Below are positions 1 through 10,855 of a stretch of 55,371 bases of DNA, piece by piece. This DNA comes from a virus (taxonomy: Duplodnaviria > Caudoviricetes), in IMG/VR virus record IMGVR_UViG_3300025133_000132, positions 1 to 55,371 of that record. One strand, written 5' to 3'. Positions within the stretch are counted from its first letter, which is position 1; the number at the start of each line of letters is the position of its first letter. The notes under the pieces were generated by a model. That model saw only the letters and a list, made by a program, of their open reading frames with translations, did no database searches and was not told the DNA's origin. The position numbers were made by a program, and so were the translations under genes.

Positions 1-130
1 CTGGGCTCGGATCATGGCCCCCGATGCTCAGAAGGCGAAGCTCCTCACCCCGACGGGTGGTATCTGGATGCTCGCGATCCGTTGACTGAGGATCCGTAGG
101 CAGGAGCTCGTATGGGTTGGTTCACTCTCG
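1..130. repeat. Terminal direct repeat, left copy (circular overlap)
   Basis: Bases 1-130 are identical to 55055-55184; gene order is continuous across the join (end of 54417..55139 leads into the start of 112..750). Confidence 0.95.
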
Positions 131-750
131 CCATCAACATCGCCAAGGTACTCGCCCCCATCGCGAAGGCGGGTGCGTACTACAAGGCGAACAAGGCGGA
201 GAAGGCGTACCAGGAGTACGTCGAGCAGCAGGGCCGACTGTTGAGCCAGGGGCACGGTCAGTCCGCGATCCAGCGGGATGCCAACGCCTCAGCCATTGCG
301 GGTCAGACCGCAGCTCACGAGCAGCAGGCTCTTGCCGACGTGTCCCGTGGAGGCCAGGGAGCTGGCGGGAGCGGGATGGCAGGGCAGGCCAGGCTCGACG
401 TGTACGAGCAGGGGCAGCGAGGTCAGTCCCAGGCAACAGGACAGCTCGCCAAGCAGGAGCAGGCCTCGATGGCAGAGGCTCACCAGCGGTACACCCAAGG
501 GCTCCTCACGCTCTCCCAGATGGAGTACCAGCGCCGGCAGAAGGCGATGGGCGAGATGGAGAAGATGAACCAGCAGGACGTGTCCGACGCCTTCACGTCC
601 GGTCAGCAGGTTCGTACGAACATGGGCGAGACCGGCCAGGCAGGAGCCGCTGCTGGTCAGGCAGGAGCTGCCGAGGCTTCCGGCCAGGACGTTCAGTTCA
701 AGCAGGCCTCGGCTGACATTTCGACAGGAGCCGCTGGGGCGGCTTCGTAG
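112..750 (+). CDS. Putative internal virion/ejection protein (Ala/Gln/Gly-rich)
   Basis: AGGAG RBS; follows the tail genes across the circular join; A/Q/G-rich helical composition typical of podovirus DNA-transfer proteins. Function inferred from position. Confidence 0.6.
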   Translation: MGWFTLAINIAKVLAPIAKAGAYYKANKAEKAYQEYVEQQGRLLSQGHGQSAIQRDANASAIAGQTAAHEQQALADVSRGGQGAGGSGMAGQARLDVYEQGQRGQSQATGQLAKQEQASMAEAHQRYTQGLLTLSQMEYQRRQKAMGEMEKMNQQDVSDAFTSGQQVRTNMGETGQAGAAAGQAGAAEASGQDVQFKQASADISTGAAGAAS

Positions 751-760
751 GAGCACTCCA

Positions 761-3139
761 ATGCCTACGACTCAGCTTGGCTACGACGTGGCCGATCCCC
801 GTTCCTTCGACACGGGTGCTGACCGACAGCAGGGCGGGACGACCCCCCTGGGTGTCGCCGGTGGCCTGGTCCAGGGACTCACGTCTCCGATCTCGAACCG
901 GATGGACCCGGAGCTCGAGGCTCAGATCCGCGCGAAGTACATCCAGCTGTACAACGAGATCAGCGTCGAGGAGGAGCGGTCCCGCCGGGAGACGGTGGAG
1001 ACCTGGGGCTCGGTGAGCGCCAGCATCCTCTCGGCGGAGGCCAACATCCTGGCGGCTGTCGCTGAGGGGGCGAAGGCCTCGGCGATGAACAACCAGGCGA
1101 AGGCCGACGCCATGCGCCTCATGGAGGACATGACCAAGGCGGCCTCGGAGATGAAGTACTACGAGCCGGACAGGCAGACCTTCGAGCGGTTCGCCTCGGA
1201 GCTCCAGCTCATGGAGGCGGCGATCCAGTCGAAGATGTCGAGCGCCGACTACGGCACGGGCGTCTCTCCGATGGACGACCTCGACACGGCATACGCGAAG
1301 TGGGAGAACGTGCTGAACAAGACGGATGTACGCGCGCTCAAGCAGGTGACCACCATCGTCACGCATGCGAACGAGCTCTCGGGCGACCCGCAGCTGAAGG
1401 CGGACACCGTCCGGATGGAGTACTTCACGCTCGAGGCAGAGATTCGCCAGGGCTTCGCCATGATGGCGGCGAAGGACGGGATCAGCCTCTCGGAGGCCGA
1501 GGGAGAGCGCCTCACCCAGCAGTACATGGCTCGTCACGTGGCCCCCCAGGTCTGGGGAGACCCGGAGCGCGGGCTCCCTGGGGTCGTCACGGACGAAGAG
1601 CGGACGATGGCGGACCAGCGCCGCGCGCAGGCGGTCAGCGACTACGAGGGCTACCTGGCCCGGCTGGACGCCATGAGTGCGGGCCTGCCCCGCGAGTACG
1701 TGGACGAGGCCCGCCTCGCCCTCCGCCAGGCACAGTCCATCGTCGCCGGTGGGCCGGAGGTCTTCGCGGACATCACCTCGCGGATGCCCAGCCCCGAGGG
1801 GACGCGGAAGACGAAGGCGATGATCGAGCATGAGCTGGCGAAGCTGGGTGCTGACCCGCCGGATCCGCTCGTGGCTGCCAAGCGGGAGATCGTCCAGGTC
1901 CCGGGCTTCGACGTGTGGATGCAGGCGATGGGGTTCACGAACGTGACCCGCGCCATGCTCTACGCCGGCAACCACCCGTACGAGTTCAAGGAGGCCGTGA
2001 AGTCGTACGTCATGGCGAAGCAGGGCTCCCTGCCGGAGTCGGTCACCACCCCCGGCGGCATGCGCGAGCACCTGCGTGAGAAGGGTCGCCAGGACGGCAT
2101 GGGCTTCTTCATGACCCCCCTGGGTCGGGCGGTCTCGACCTTCACCGGGCGGCGTCGCTTCGGGGGGGACCTGAGCGACAAGCTCCAGGAGGTCCGGATG
2201 CGGCTCGAGGAGCACGAGCCGAAGACCGAGCTCGGAGCTGGGCTGAAGGAGCGGTTCGGAGACATCCTCGGGCGACCGGACAAGCTGCCTGAGCGCAGCT
2301 TCCGCCCCGAGGACGAGGATGACCTGACGGTGGATGAGATCGAGGAGGATGTCGCCTGGCGGACGCGGCTGGATGAGCTGAAGAAGGAGCCGGGCGGAGA
2401 GGAGCTGGTCCAGCCGGGCGAGACCACTCTTCCCGCTGGCTTCCGTGATGTTCAGGGGGTTGGTGGGTACGTCTACCGACAGCACTCCGACGGCTCGGTC
2501 CAGCTGGTGGGCAACCCGTCCGGGACGGCTACCGCTGACCGCCCCATCTCCGTGAGCTCTCCAACGGCGCTGGCCGCCATCCAGACCGAGATCGGCGTCT
2601 ACCCCGCGACCCAGGTCGAAACGGCTCCTGGGGGGCCTGGAGACGGTCCCATCACGCCCCTGGATGAGGACCCCCACATCCCGGTGGTCCGGGTGAACCC
2701 GCCCCCGGGGAAGGAGGGGAAGTCCTACACCATCGTGAAGCTGAACGCTGCGGCTGGAGGCTGGACCCTCAAGGTCTTCGACGACGACTTCCAGATCCAG
2801 GTGATGGACGCTCCCGGCTTCGACGACGAAGTGGGGAAGGCGTACGGCATCGGCACGCACGCGCACCAGGCGCTCATGCGTGACGTGCAGCACAGCAGCG
2901 AAGCGGGCGTGGGCGTCACCCCCAAGGTGGACCGCTCCGAAGAGCCTGCTGCGGAGCCGAAGCCCGAGCCGACGGCTGCTGCGAAGAAGCCCGAGCCGAA
3001 GAAGCGGGGGCCTGTGGTGGACCCGAACAAGGCCATCGCTGCGGGCTTCCCCAGGGATGACAGCGCGTACATGGACGTGCCCGGGGCAGACAAGCGGTCG
3101 CAGACCTACTACCCGGAGAAGAAGACCACCACGGGGTAG
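761..3139 (+). CDS. Putative internal virion/ejection protein (792 aa)
   Basis: AGGAG RBS, strong GC3 codon bias, middle gene of a small-medium-giant triad after the tail genes. Confidence 0.6.
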   Translation: MPTTQLGYDVADPRSFDTGADRQQGGTTPLGVAGGLVQGLTSPISNRMDPELEAQIRAKYIQLYNEISVEEERSRRETVETWGSVSASILSAEANILAAVAEGAKASAMNNQAKADAMRLMEDMTKAASEMKYYEPDRQTFERFASELQLMEAAIQSKMSSADYGTGVSPMDDLDTAYAKWENVLNKTDVRALKQVTTIVTHANELSGDPQLKADTVRMEYFTLEAEIRQGFAMMAAKDGISLSEAEGERLTQQYMARHVAPQVWGDPERGLPGVVTDEERTMADQRRAQAVSDYEGYLARLDAMSAGLPREYVDEARLALRQAQSIVAGGPEVFADITSRMPSPEGTRKTKAMIEHELAKLGADPPDPLVAAKREIVQVPGFDVWMQAMGFTNVTRAMLYAGNHPYEFKEAVKSYVMAKQGSLPESVTTPGGMREHLREKGRQDGMGFFMTPLGRAVSTFTGRRRFGGDLSDKLQEVRMRLEEHEPKTELGAGLKERFGDILGRPDKLPERSFRPEDEDDLTVDEIEEDVAWRTRLDELKKEPGGEELVQPGETTLPAGFRDVQGVGGYVYRQHSDGSVQLVGNPSGTATADRPISVSSPTALAAIQTEIGVYPATQVETAPGGPGDGPITPLDEDPHIPVVRVNPPPGKEGKSYTIVKLNAAAGGWTLKVFDDDFQIQVMDAPGFDDEVGKAYGIGTHAHQALMRDVQHSSEAGVGVTPKVDRSEEPAAEPKPEPTAAAKKPEPKKRGPVVDPNKAIAAGFPRDDSAYMDVPGADKRSQTYYPEKKTTTG

Positions 3140-3142
3140 AGC

Positions 3143-6100
3143 ATGGCGACCAGCGAGGAACTTGCCGAGATGCTCGGCGAAGGCCTGAAGAACGTGAAGC
3201 CCCCGAAGGACGAAGCCGAGAAGCAGGCCGCCTTCGGGTCGGGCGACAGCATCCCGTCAGCTCCCCCGGGGGCCCAGAGTGAGGTCGGGTTCGCCATCCC
3301 GACTGGGCTCTGGGTCACCCCGACAGGAGAGGGTCCTGGTGGTGGGGATCTGCTCCCTGAGCGAGAGCCGTTCGCTACGGAGATCGCGAGTAAGAACTTC
3401 TCCGCTGCGAGAAACAGCGCGACCCGTGCCCAGACGGAGGTTCTCGCCGCCCAGGTTCACACCGGGGACTACGGGAACATCTACTCGCCCGAAGCTTACA
3501 TGGAGGCCTCCGAGCCCGGGATGCTGGAGCAGCTCTACCGAGGTTTTGAACCGTTCGACAACGCTCGTCGCGCCCTGTGGATGACGTACTACGGCGTGGG
3601 CCAGGTCCTTCCGGACACCCGTGAGGGCGGGGTGGACGCCTCGATGTCCATCTCCGAGGTCTGGAACACCTCGCGCGGGACTGGCGTGGGTGACGCGACT
3701 GCCTGGATCATCGGACAGGTCGGTGCCAAGGCGCTGGAGTCCGAGGTGAACGACACCTTCGGCGACGTGGGTGGTCAGGTCGTGGCTGAGTTCGCCAAGC
3801 CCGAGAAGACCTCGGCCCTCCAGGGAGTGGACCCGAACCAGGTGTACGCCCAGATGGCGACGGACTTCTACACGGCTCTCGCCGAGGGAGACCTGGCCGA
3901 GCGCGCCTGGAACGAGCAGGACATCGAGGCCTTCTGGTTCTACGGACTGGGCTCGGGAGACATGGACCGGAAGGGACAGGGTGAGGTCGGCCCGCTGTGG
4001 ACCGAGGTGTTCGGACGGGAGCGCGCGCCGCACCCGCGAGGGGTCCACATCTGGGACGCCGTGATGACGAAGGACGAAGCCCTCGCCATCTACGAGACGA
4101 CGGACGACCCGGCTCTCCGGAACTTCGCCCTCATGCTCAGCAGCAATGTGGGCCGCGAGCTGTCGGGAGCCTCGCTCGAGGTCGCGATCGACCCGCTGTG
4201 GCTCTTCGGTCCGGCGAAGGGAGCGGAGACCGTCGCCACGGGAGGGAAGACCTACACCGTGAGCCGCCCCCTGCTGGAGGCTGCCGGTGCCCTGGAGAAG
4301 CTGCCAGCGGGTGGCGTTAGCCGCTCCGTGGTCGAGATGCGGGAGCTGGTGCTGAAGAGCATCAACGGCATCTCCACGGCGGAGGAGACCTCGAAGGCCA
4401 GGAAGGTCCTGCTCACCGGGGCGGAGCAGGCCGAGGACGCCGCTGCACGTGCCCTGTACGCTGCCGACGTTGCTCGGGATGCTGCCGGAGGGCTGAAGGG
4501 CGAGAACGCGGTGGCGGAGGCCTCACGCGTCCTGAACGAGCAGGCGATCCTCATCCAGCATGCACACGATGCGGCGAAGGCCTCGGGCCAGCACGACAAG
4601 GTCCTCACCCACCTTCGCACCATGCGCCGGATCGAGGAAGACCTGGTCAAGGTCGGGACGAACGCGTCCGAGGCTGCCGGCTTCCTCACGAAGCGGGCGA
4701 AGGAGCAGTCCGGCCTGGCTCGAGCGATGTCCGATCACGCCGAAGCTCTCCGTCGGGTCCTGTACCTGGGCAGCAACGAGCTCCCCGGGCATGCTGGTTC
4801 GGGCGCGCTGCTCGTCGAGAAGGGCACCTTCTCCTGGCACATCCCCTTCTCGAAGAAGACCCACTACCTGCTGAAGCCTGGGACGGCGAAGACCATCAAG
4901 TCGCTCCTGCCGGAGCCGGTCCTCGCCAAGACGGGCCAGGTCGCCGACATGCTGGAGCCCCTCACCTCGGCGGCGATCCACGCCAAGCTGGAGAAGGAGG
5001 CGAAGTCCCTCGGGGTCACTGGGAAGGAGGCGGAGGCCTTCCTGTCCAACACGGAGAAGTTCGTGCTGGCGGCGGAGAAGTTCGGCGGATGGACCTCGGT
5101 CTACCCCAAGTGGGCCTGGACGGAGATGAACCGGTGGTTCGGTTCTCGGTTCTTCCAGCCCCTGGTCCAGACCGTCCGGACCGAGGCAGAAGCCTCCCTG
5201 CTGGGCATCCGGGGCGCGAAGGTGGCGGGGCTGCCCGGCCTGAACCGATGGATCGCGACTCTCCGGAAGGCTCAGCCCGAGGTCTGGGACAACTACAACG
5301 CCGCCGTCACGGCGTACTTCAACCGCATCGACTCCCTCGAAGGCTCGATGCGGGTGGACATGGAGCGCCTCGTCGGAGAGGCCAAGCGAGCCCTCGCGAT
5401 CCGGAAGCGGACGGCGAAGGAGGGGCTCATCTCTACGAGGAGGAGCCTCGCCGACGACACGGCGGCGCTCCGCGCCAAGCGGTACCTCAGTGAGCCCGGG
5501 AAGGTCGGGACGAAGGAAGACCTCCTCGGGTACATCGCGCGGGACCGGGAGAAGATCGCTCGGTTCGAGGCGATCCTGGCGAAGGACTACGGGGTCAACG
5601 ACATCCTCCTGGAGGCGGGGGCCCACATCGAGGCGGGCTCCGGGCTCCGGAACGTGTACCCCGAGCTGTGGCCCTACTTCCAGATGGCAGAGGAGCTCAC
5701 CTGGAAGTACCGGGACCTCACGGGGAAGGAGCGGGGCCACGTCGCGAACGCGATGGCGAACATGGCCCGGTTCGCTGAGGGCAACCCGGAGAAGCACGTC
5801 TTCTTCCAGGAGGAGTTCATCAAGCGGATGGACCTCATCGAAGAGGTCTCCCTCCACAAGACGGCTGTCATCGAGCAGACCCGTCGGGCAGCGACCCAGG
5901 AGCTCAGCCGCATCACGGCCGCCCGTCGGCTCTTCACGGGGACGAAGCGGAAGCAGCTGATCGAGACCCTGGAGGTGCTCCGGGGCCGGGTCCTCGGACA
6001 GCCGATCGCGAAGGTGGAGATGGGCACGGTCAAGGCGATCGTGCTGGAGGTCTTCGGCGGGGACAAGCAGGCCGCCCACGTCGTCATGCGAGACGCCGCC

Positions 6101-9100
6101 ATCACGATGAAGGACAACAACGGGGCACGCGCCCTGTTGGAGCTGGCGAACCTCCTCGAGTCGGACATCGTCGCCATCGAGAAGGTGCGGGAGGCTGCAC
6201 CCGGCCAGAAGGGGACTGCAGCAGCAGTTCGCATGGCAATCGCGAAGCACCTGGATCGGCTCGACACGAAGCACGCCGAGCTGCAGAAGGTCTTCCTCGA
6301 AGGGGTCGGGGACAAGGTCGTCGTGATCGGGGACAAGGTCCTCACGACGGGCATGCCGGCGGACGCGCTCAAGCTGATCCTGGAGGGAGAGGCTCGAGGT
6401 GCCCTGGCACGCGCGAAGACCCTGGTCGGAGACAGCGAGTGGGGGGCGTTCTACTCGTGGTGGAAGTCGAAGTCCATCCAGGGGCTGGCCCCGGGCGGAG
6501 AGCCCCACGCCTGGACTCAGGCCAGCGACGCGCTGAAGCGGGCCGCCCTCCTGTCGCGCGCCTCGAAGAAGGCCGAGGACATGGAGTCCGCCGTCGGCGT
6601 GATCGCGAAGGTGAAGAAGACGAAGAAGCTCGCGGACAGAGCTTCGACCAGGAAGCAGGTGGAGACCCTCCACAAGAAGGCCCCAGAGGGCACCCTCATG
6701 GGCAAGGACGGGAAGCCCCTGGTCCTGTACCACGGGACCCCGTACCCCATGACCGGTGAGTTCAAGGTCGGAGAGGGCGGAATCTTTTTCGCAACCGATC
6801 CTGTGGTGGCTGCGAAGTTCGCCGGCACGCAGACGAAGAGGGGGATCAAGCTCATCGGGGGGAAGACGAGGAAGGGGGCCAGCCCCAACATCACCCCCGT
6901 GACAATCAGCCCGAAGAAGCTGTTCGACCCCCGGGACGAGAAGGCGACAAAGGCGCTTCTCGCTTCCATCAAGCACGGACTCCCACATGAGGAGGCGCTC
7001 GTGCGGATCGTTGCTGGGGACTACCGAGTGATCGAGTCCTTCGACTTCCAGCGTGCGCTCAAGGCAGCCGGGTACGACGGCTACATGAGTCGGCAGGCCT
7101 ATGCTGCTGGAGGAAAGGCATCGCAGGCCTTCCTGAAGCCGAAGGCCGCGAAGGGGATCAACAGCTGGAACTATGCGGTGTTCTCTCCGGAACAGGTCCG
7201 GAGCGCAATCCTTCCTCTCTCAGAGGTGAAGAAGACCACGTCTGTGAAGACGATCCCCGGGCAGACGACTGTCCGGGCTCGCCCCTCCTTCATGGAGGAG
7301 GTCCCTGGGTCTCGAGGGCGCGACCTGGCTCTCCGTCTCCCCGCTGGGCTGGAAGCTGAGCGGGCAGCTTCCACGGCAAAGGAGGCTCGCCTCACCCTCG
7401 CAGGGATCGGTGCCCTGACGGAGGACACGTTCCTGTCCGAGCGTCTCCGTCGGACCATCGTCGGAGCGAAGACGGACGAGCAGGCGCTGGGCCTGCTCAA
7501 GCGGGCCCTCTTCCGCACGGTAACTGTGTGGGGAGACCCGGACGTGCCGAAGCACCCCCTCGTCGAGCGGTACATCCAGCGCCTCGCTGAAGGCCTCTTG
7601 CCGAAGCTGCGGGATGGGGACCCCCAGGGAGTCACGGCGGTCCTGAAGGCCAGCAGGAAGGCGCACACGGAGGCCGTGAAGGCGGCGAAGAGCTCGGTCA
7701 AGAGCCTCGCGGCGAAGAGCGAGAAGCTCGCAGCCTCGAAGGCCTCCCAGCTGGAGGAGGTGTTCAAGACCCAGGCGGACGAGATGGCGGCGGGAGTCCT
7801 TGAGACCACCCCTCGCATCCCCCTGCGCGAAGGGATGGAGCGGGAGCGGCTCCCCCTGCCCGAGGACCTCTCGGACGGCAAGGCCTGGGCCGCCCTGGCG
7901 GACTGGGAAACGGACATGTGGAAGGAGTTCCGGGTCATCACCAACGGGCTGAACGACCGGGAACGGTTGATGGTCGCGTTCAGCACCTTGAGCGAGCTGC
8001 CCCAGGTGCTCGGCCAGAAGCAGATGAAGAACATCGAGGCGATGTACCCCAGCGCGATGGGCCAGCGCCTGGGCGATGTGCCCGAGGGGCTCGAGAAGAC
8101 CATCGGCGAGATGCGTCGGATGATCAGTGGGTACGAGGACCTCTACACGAAGCACGGCATGCACTTCATGAAGAGCCCGGAGGACATGCTTCGGGTCTGG
8201 GGGGTCACCTCCTACGTCCCCCACCTCGCCACGGAGGAGAGCCTCCTCTCCGCTGGCGGAGCTCTCTCGCACGTGGGCGTCATCGCGACGGGGAACAAGA
8301 CGGCAGCCTCTCGCCCGGGTGTGGAGGCCGCCCTCGCCATGAAGATGGACGCCAGGAAGCTCCGACAGATCGACGGCACCATCGCTGAGATCAACGCCAT
8401 GAAGCGGGACCTCAGCCTGGTGATGACCCTGGACCCCCTCGCCGTGATGGCGCGGTACGGGCAGGCGAACAAGGCGATCTCGGCGAAGGAGATGGTCCTG
8501 ACCCTCATGCGCGGGGGCGTCATCCGAGCAGTGGGTGCCGAGCCGATCCCGGGCGAGGGTCGGATGAAGGCGATGGCGGAGGTGGCGGCCGAGCAGGACA
8601 TGGTCCCCCTGCTGGGCAAGCGCATCGTGGCTCTTGAGGACGAGATCCTCTTCTCAGGGGACCGGGCGGCTTGGGAAGGTGCCGGTGTGCACGGTCCCGA
8701 GCTCATGCTGTCCCTGCGTCAGACGATGAAGGGGGACAAGCCCGGCCTGTTCTCCAACTGGTTCGAGGAGATCCCTGAGCTCCGGGCCCTCCGGAAGGTC
8801 GAGGACTTCTACACGGAGCTGCGCGTGCGTGAGTACGTGCGCGGGGAGGAGCTCACTGACGTGACGGCTCTCCGAGCTCAGGGGCTCTCCTGGAAGGAGA
8901 TCGCCACGCACGTGAACCAGCGGATGCAGCAGGTGGACCCCACCCTCGCCGCGCTGAAGCTGGAGCCTGCTGCGCTCAAGCAGTTCTTCGAGGACGGGCA
9001 CGAGGCCTGGCGTCTCTACGTCCCTCGGGTGGTGGTCCAGTCGATGGACGACATCTTCGGACAGATGAAGCTGCAGGACAGCAAGCTCTACAAGGGGGCC

Positions 9101-10855
9101 ACGGCGCTCAACACCTGGTGGAAGACCCGGGTCACCGTGATGTCGGTCGCGTTCTCGATGCGAAACGCGATGTCGAACGTGATGTCGAACATCTTCGACC
9201 TCGGCGGAGGGGCGCTGAACCCCGTCACGAACACGAAGGGGGCCATCCTCAGCCAGGCCGTGATGTTCGCGGAGAAGTACGGCTCGATCTCGGAGGCTGC
9301 CGCGACCCTCGCGAAGCCTCTCCCTGCGGAGTACCTGAAGAGCATCCCCATCTACGAGCAGGCGGGCGCGAAGGCCCGGCACCTCGCCGCCCAGAAGCAC
9401 TTCAAGTTCCTCTTCGAGAAGATGTCCAAGTTCATCGGGGAGGGCTCCTGGCTCGAGGAGGGCGTGAAGCTGGGGGATGGGATGCCCCGGACCCTGGACG
9501 AAGCCATCAACGTGATGCGGGACAACGGGGTCACGAGCCAGGCGTACACCCAGTTCGTGGACGTGGCGAAGACGGAGCGCCACCTCATGGACGCCATCAT
9601 GTACGGCACCGGCTTCAGCGAGCGGGTGGCTCGAGGCATGGGGATGGTCGAGGACGCGGTCATCGTGGCTCTGCCGGCGATGATGACGGCGACGGGCGGG
9701 CTCCCGCTCATCATCGGGCTCCCGAAGAAGTTCGGTGGGCAGGTGGTGGCACGGTCCATCGAGAACCAGGCCCGCATCGTCAACTTCATCGGGAACATGA
9801 AGCGGTCCCGCTCCGTCGGTACGGCGGCCGAGCACGTTCAGAAGTTCCTGTTCAACTACGGGGACCTCTCGGCGGTCCAGAAGTCGATCCTCCGCCTCGT
9901 CTTCCCGTTCTTCACGTGGAACCAGAAGAACCTGCAGCTCCAGATGGAGCTCATGCAGAAGAGCCCGGTGCTGTACAGCCAGTTCTGGCGGATCCTCATG
10001 GAGGACGGACCTCGGGTGGTCGAGGCCTTCAATGCGCAGCAGGCCGATCGTCCCTACGCCCCGCCGCAGCCCGGCACGATGCGGGAACAGTCGAAGGTGG
10101 AGGCCCACCGGATGCACCAGCTCCGTGTGCCCATGCCCTTCATGGACGACACCTTCATCACGGGGCTCGGGCTCCCCCAGGAGGCCTTCGTCGAGAAGAT
10201 GGGGCTCATCATGGGGCTCATCGATCCGGACAACTGGGGAGGGGCTCGAGAGTACGAGCAGCGCAACCGGAAGCTGCGCCTCATGGGGGAGGTCCACTTC
10301 CTCGCGCGCTTCATCGCGGAGACGATGCTCGACCACCACACGCACTACGACGTGCCCATCGAAGAGCTCACGAACGGAAGGCTCATCGCCCAGAACCTGG
10401 CCCCGCTCGGCTACTTCGGGCCGGTCGGCCAGATGATGCAGGTGTACCTCGCGGACCGGCTGGGGCTGCAGGTGTCCGGCGAGTGGGACCACAAGACCGG
10501 GATGTACGGACCGACTCCCAGGATCAGTGGACGGGCGAACCACGTGTACGGCTCGCTCCCCTGGTCCCGTGTCATCCGGGATGCAGCGGCGATGACGAAC
10601 GTGTATGCCGTGTCCGCCATCGCGAACCCCGTCCGAGCTCGGCAGCTCGGGTTCGAGGGGGCGTACGAGGAGGTCCCGATGTGGATCCGCGTGCTGGATG
10701 CGCTCTCGGGGATCCAGGTCGTTCAGCACGACCCCGCTCTTCAGGACGCTCTGCGTAAGATGCACCTGCGCGAGGCTCGTACGAAGAACATGAAGCAGCG
10801 CGGAGCCTTGCAAGAGGCTGACCTCGACTACATGAGCAAGGACCCAACACGATGA
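3143..10855 (+). CDS. Giant internal virion / large polyvalent-type protein with an ART-like domain (2570 aa)
   Basis: Long codon-biased ORF; central GKPLVLYHGT...GIFFATDPVVAAKFA...GYDG...YAVFSPEQVRS motif set resembles ART-PolyVal; C-terminal KFLFNYGDLS...VFPFFTWNQKN resembles C-termini of large phage ejection proteins. Confidence 0.7.
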   Translation: MATSEELAEMLGEGLKNVKPPKDEAEKQAAFGSGDSIPSAPPGAQSEVGFAIPTGLWVTPTGEGPGGGDLLPEREPFATEIASKNFSAARNSATRAQTEVLAAQVHTGDYGNIYSPEAYMEASEPGMLEQLYRGFEPFDNARRALWMTYYGVGQVLPDTREGGVDASMSISEVWNTSRGTGVGDATAWIIGQVGAKALESEVNDTFGDVGGQVVAEFAKPEKTSALQGVDPNQVYAQMATDFYTALAEGDLAERAWNEQDIEAFWFYGLGSGDMDRKGQGEVGPLWTEVFGRERAPHPRGVHIWDAVMTKDEALAIYETTDDPALRNFALMLSSNVGRELSGASLEVAIDPLWLFGPAKGAETVATGGKTYTVSRPLLEAAGALEKLPAGGVSRSVVEMRELVLKSINGISTAEETSKARKVLLTGAEQAEDAAARALYAADVARDAAGGLKGENAVAEASRVLNEQAILIQHAHDAAKASGQHDKVLTHLRTMRRIEEDLVKVGTNASEAAGFLTKRAKEQSGLARAMSDHAEALRRVLYLGSNELPGHAGSGALLVEKGTFSWHIPFSKKTHYLLKPGTAKTIKSLLPEPVLAKTGQVADMLEPLTSAAIHAKLEKEAKSLGVTGKEAEAFLSNTEKFVLAAEKFGGWTSVYPKWAWTEMNRWFGSRFFQPLVQTVRTEAEASLLGIRGAKVAGLPGLNRWIATLRKAQPEVWDNYNAAVTAYFNRIDSLEGSMRVDMERLVGEAKRALAIRKRTAKEGLISTRRSLADDTAALRAKRYLSEPGKVGTKEDLLGYIARDREKIARFEAILAKDYGVNDILLEAGAHIEAGSGLRNVYPELWPYFQMAEELTWKYRDLTGKERGHVANAMANMARFAEGNPEKHVFFQEEFIKRMDLIEEVSLHKTAVIEQTRRAATQELSRITAARRLFTGTKRKQLIETLEVLRGRVLGQPIAKVEMGTVKAIVLEVFGGDKQAAHVVMRDAAITMKDNNGARALLELANLLESDIVAIEKVREAAPGQKGTAAAVRMAIAKHLDRLDTKHAELQKVFLEGVGDKVVVIGDKVLTTGMPADALKLILEGEARGALARAKTLVGDSEWGAFYSWWKSKSIQGLAPGGEPHAWTQASDALKRAALLSRASKKAEDMESAVGVIAKVKKTKKLADRASTRKQVETLHKKAPEGTLMGKDGKPLVLYHGTPYPMTGEFKVGEGGIFFATDPVVAAKFAGTQTKRGIKLIGGKTRKGASPNITPVTISPKKLFDPRDEKATKALLASIKHGLPHEEALVRIVAGDYRVIESFDFQRALKAAGYDGYMSRQAYAAGGKASQAFLKPKAAKGINSWNYAVFSPEQVRSAILPLSEVKKTTSVKTIPGQTTVRARPSFMEEVPGSRGRDLALRLPAGLEAERAASTAKEARLTLAGIGALTEDTFLSERLRRTIVGAKTDEQALGLLKRALFRTVTVWGDPDVPKHPLVERYIQRLAEGLLPKLRDGDPQGVTAVLKASRKAHTEAVKAAKSSVKSLAAKSEKLAASKASQLEEVFKTQADEMAAGVLETTPRIPLREGMERERLPLPEDLSDGKAWAALADWETDMWKEFRVITNGLNDRERLMVAFSTLSELPQVLGQKQMKNIEAMYPSAMGQRLGDVPEGLEKTIGEMRRMISGYEDLYTKHGMHFMKSPEDMLRVWGVTSYVPHLATEESLLSAGGALSHVGVIATGNKTAASRPGVEAALAMKMDARKLRQIDGTIAEINAMKRDLSLVMTLDPLAVMARYGQANKAISAKEMVLTLMRGGVIRAVGAEPIPGEGRMKAMAEVAAEQDMVPLLGKRIVALEDEILFSGDRAAWEGAGVHGPELMLSLRQTMKGDKPGLFSNWFEEIPELRALRKVEDFYTELRVREYVRGEELTDVTALRAQGLSWKEIATHVNQRMQQVDPTLAALKLEPAALKQFFEDGHEAWRLYVPRVVVQSMDDIFGQMKLQDSKLYKGATALNTWWKTRVTVMSVAFSMRNAMSNVMSNIFDLGGGALNPVTNTKGAILSQAVMFAEKYGSISEAAATLAKPLPAEYLKSIPIYEQAGAKARHLAAQKHFKFLFEKMSKFIGEGSWLEEGVKLGDGMPRTLDEAINVMRDNGVTSQAYTQFVDVAKTERHLMDAIMYGTGFSERVARGMGMVEDAVIVALPAMMTATGGLPLIIGLPKKFGGQVVARSIENQARIVNFIGNMKRSRSVGTAAEHVQKFLFNYGDLSAVQKSILRLVFPFFTWNQKNLQLQMELMQKSPVLYSQFWRILMEDGPRVVEAFNAQQADRPYAPPQPGTMREQSKVEAHRMHQLRVPMPFMDDTFITGLGLPQEAFVEKMGLIMGLIDPDNWGGAREYEQRNRKLRLMGEVHFLARFIAETMLDHHTHYDVPIEELTNGRLIAQNLAPLGYFGPVGQMMQVYLADRLGLQVSGEWDHKTGMYGPTPRISGRANHVYGSLPWSRVIRDAAAMTNVYAVSAIANPVRARQLGFEGAYEEVPMWIRVLDALSGIQVVQHDPALQDALRKMHLREARTKNMKQRGALQEADLDYMSKDPTR

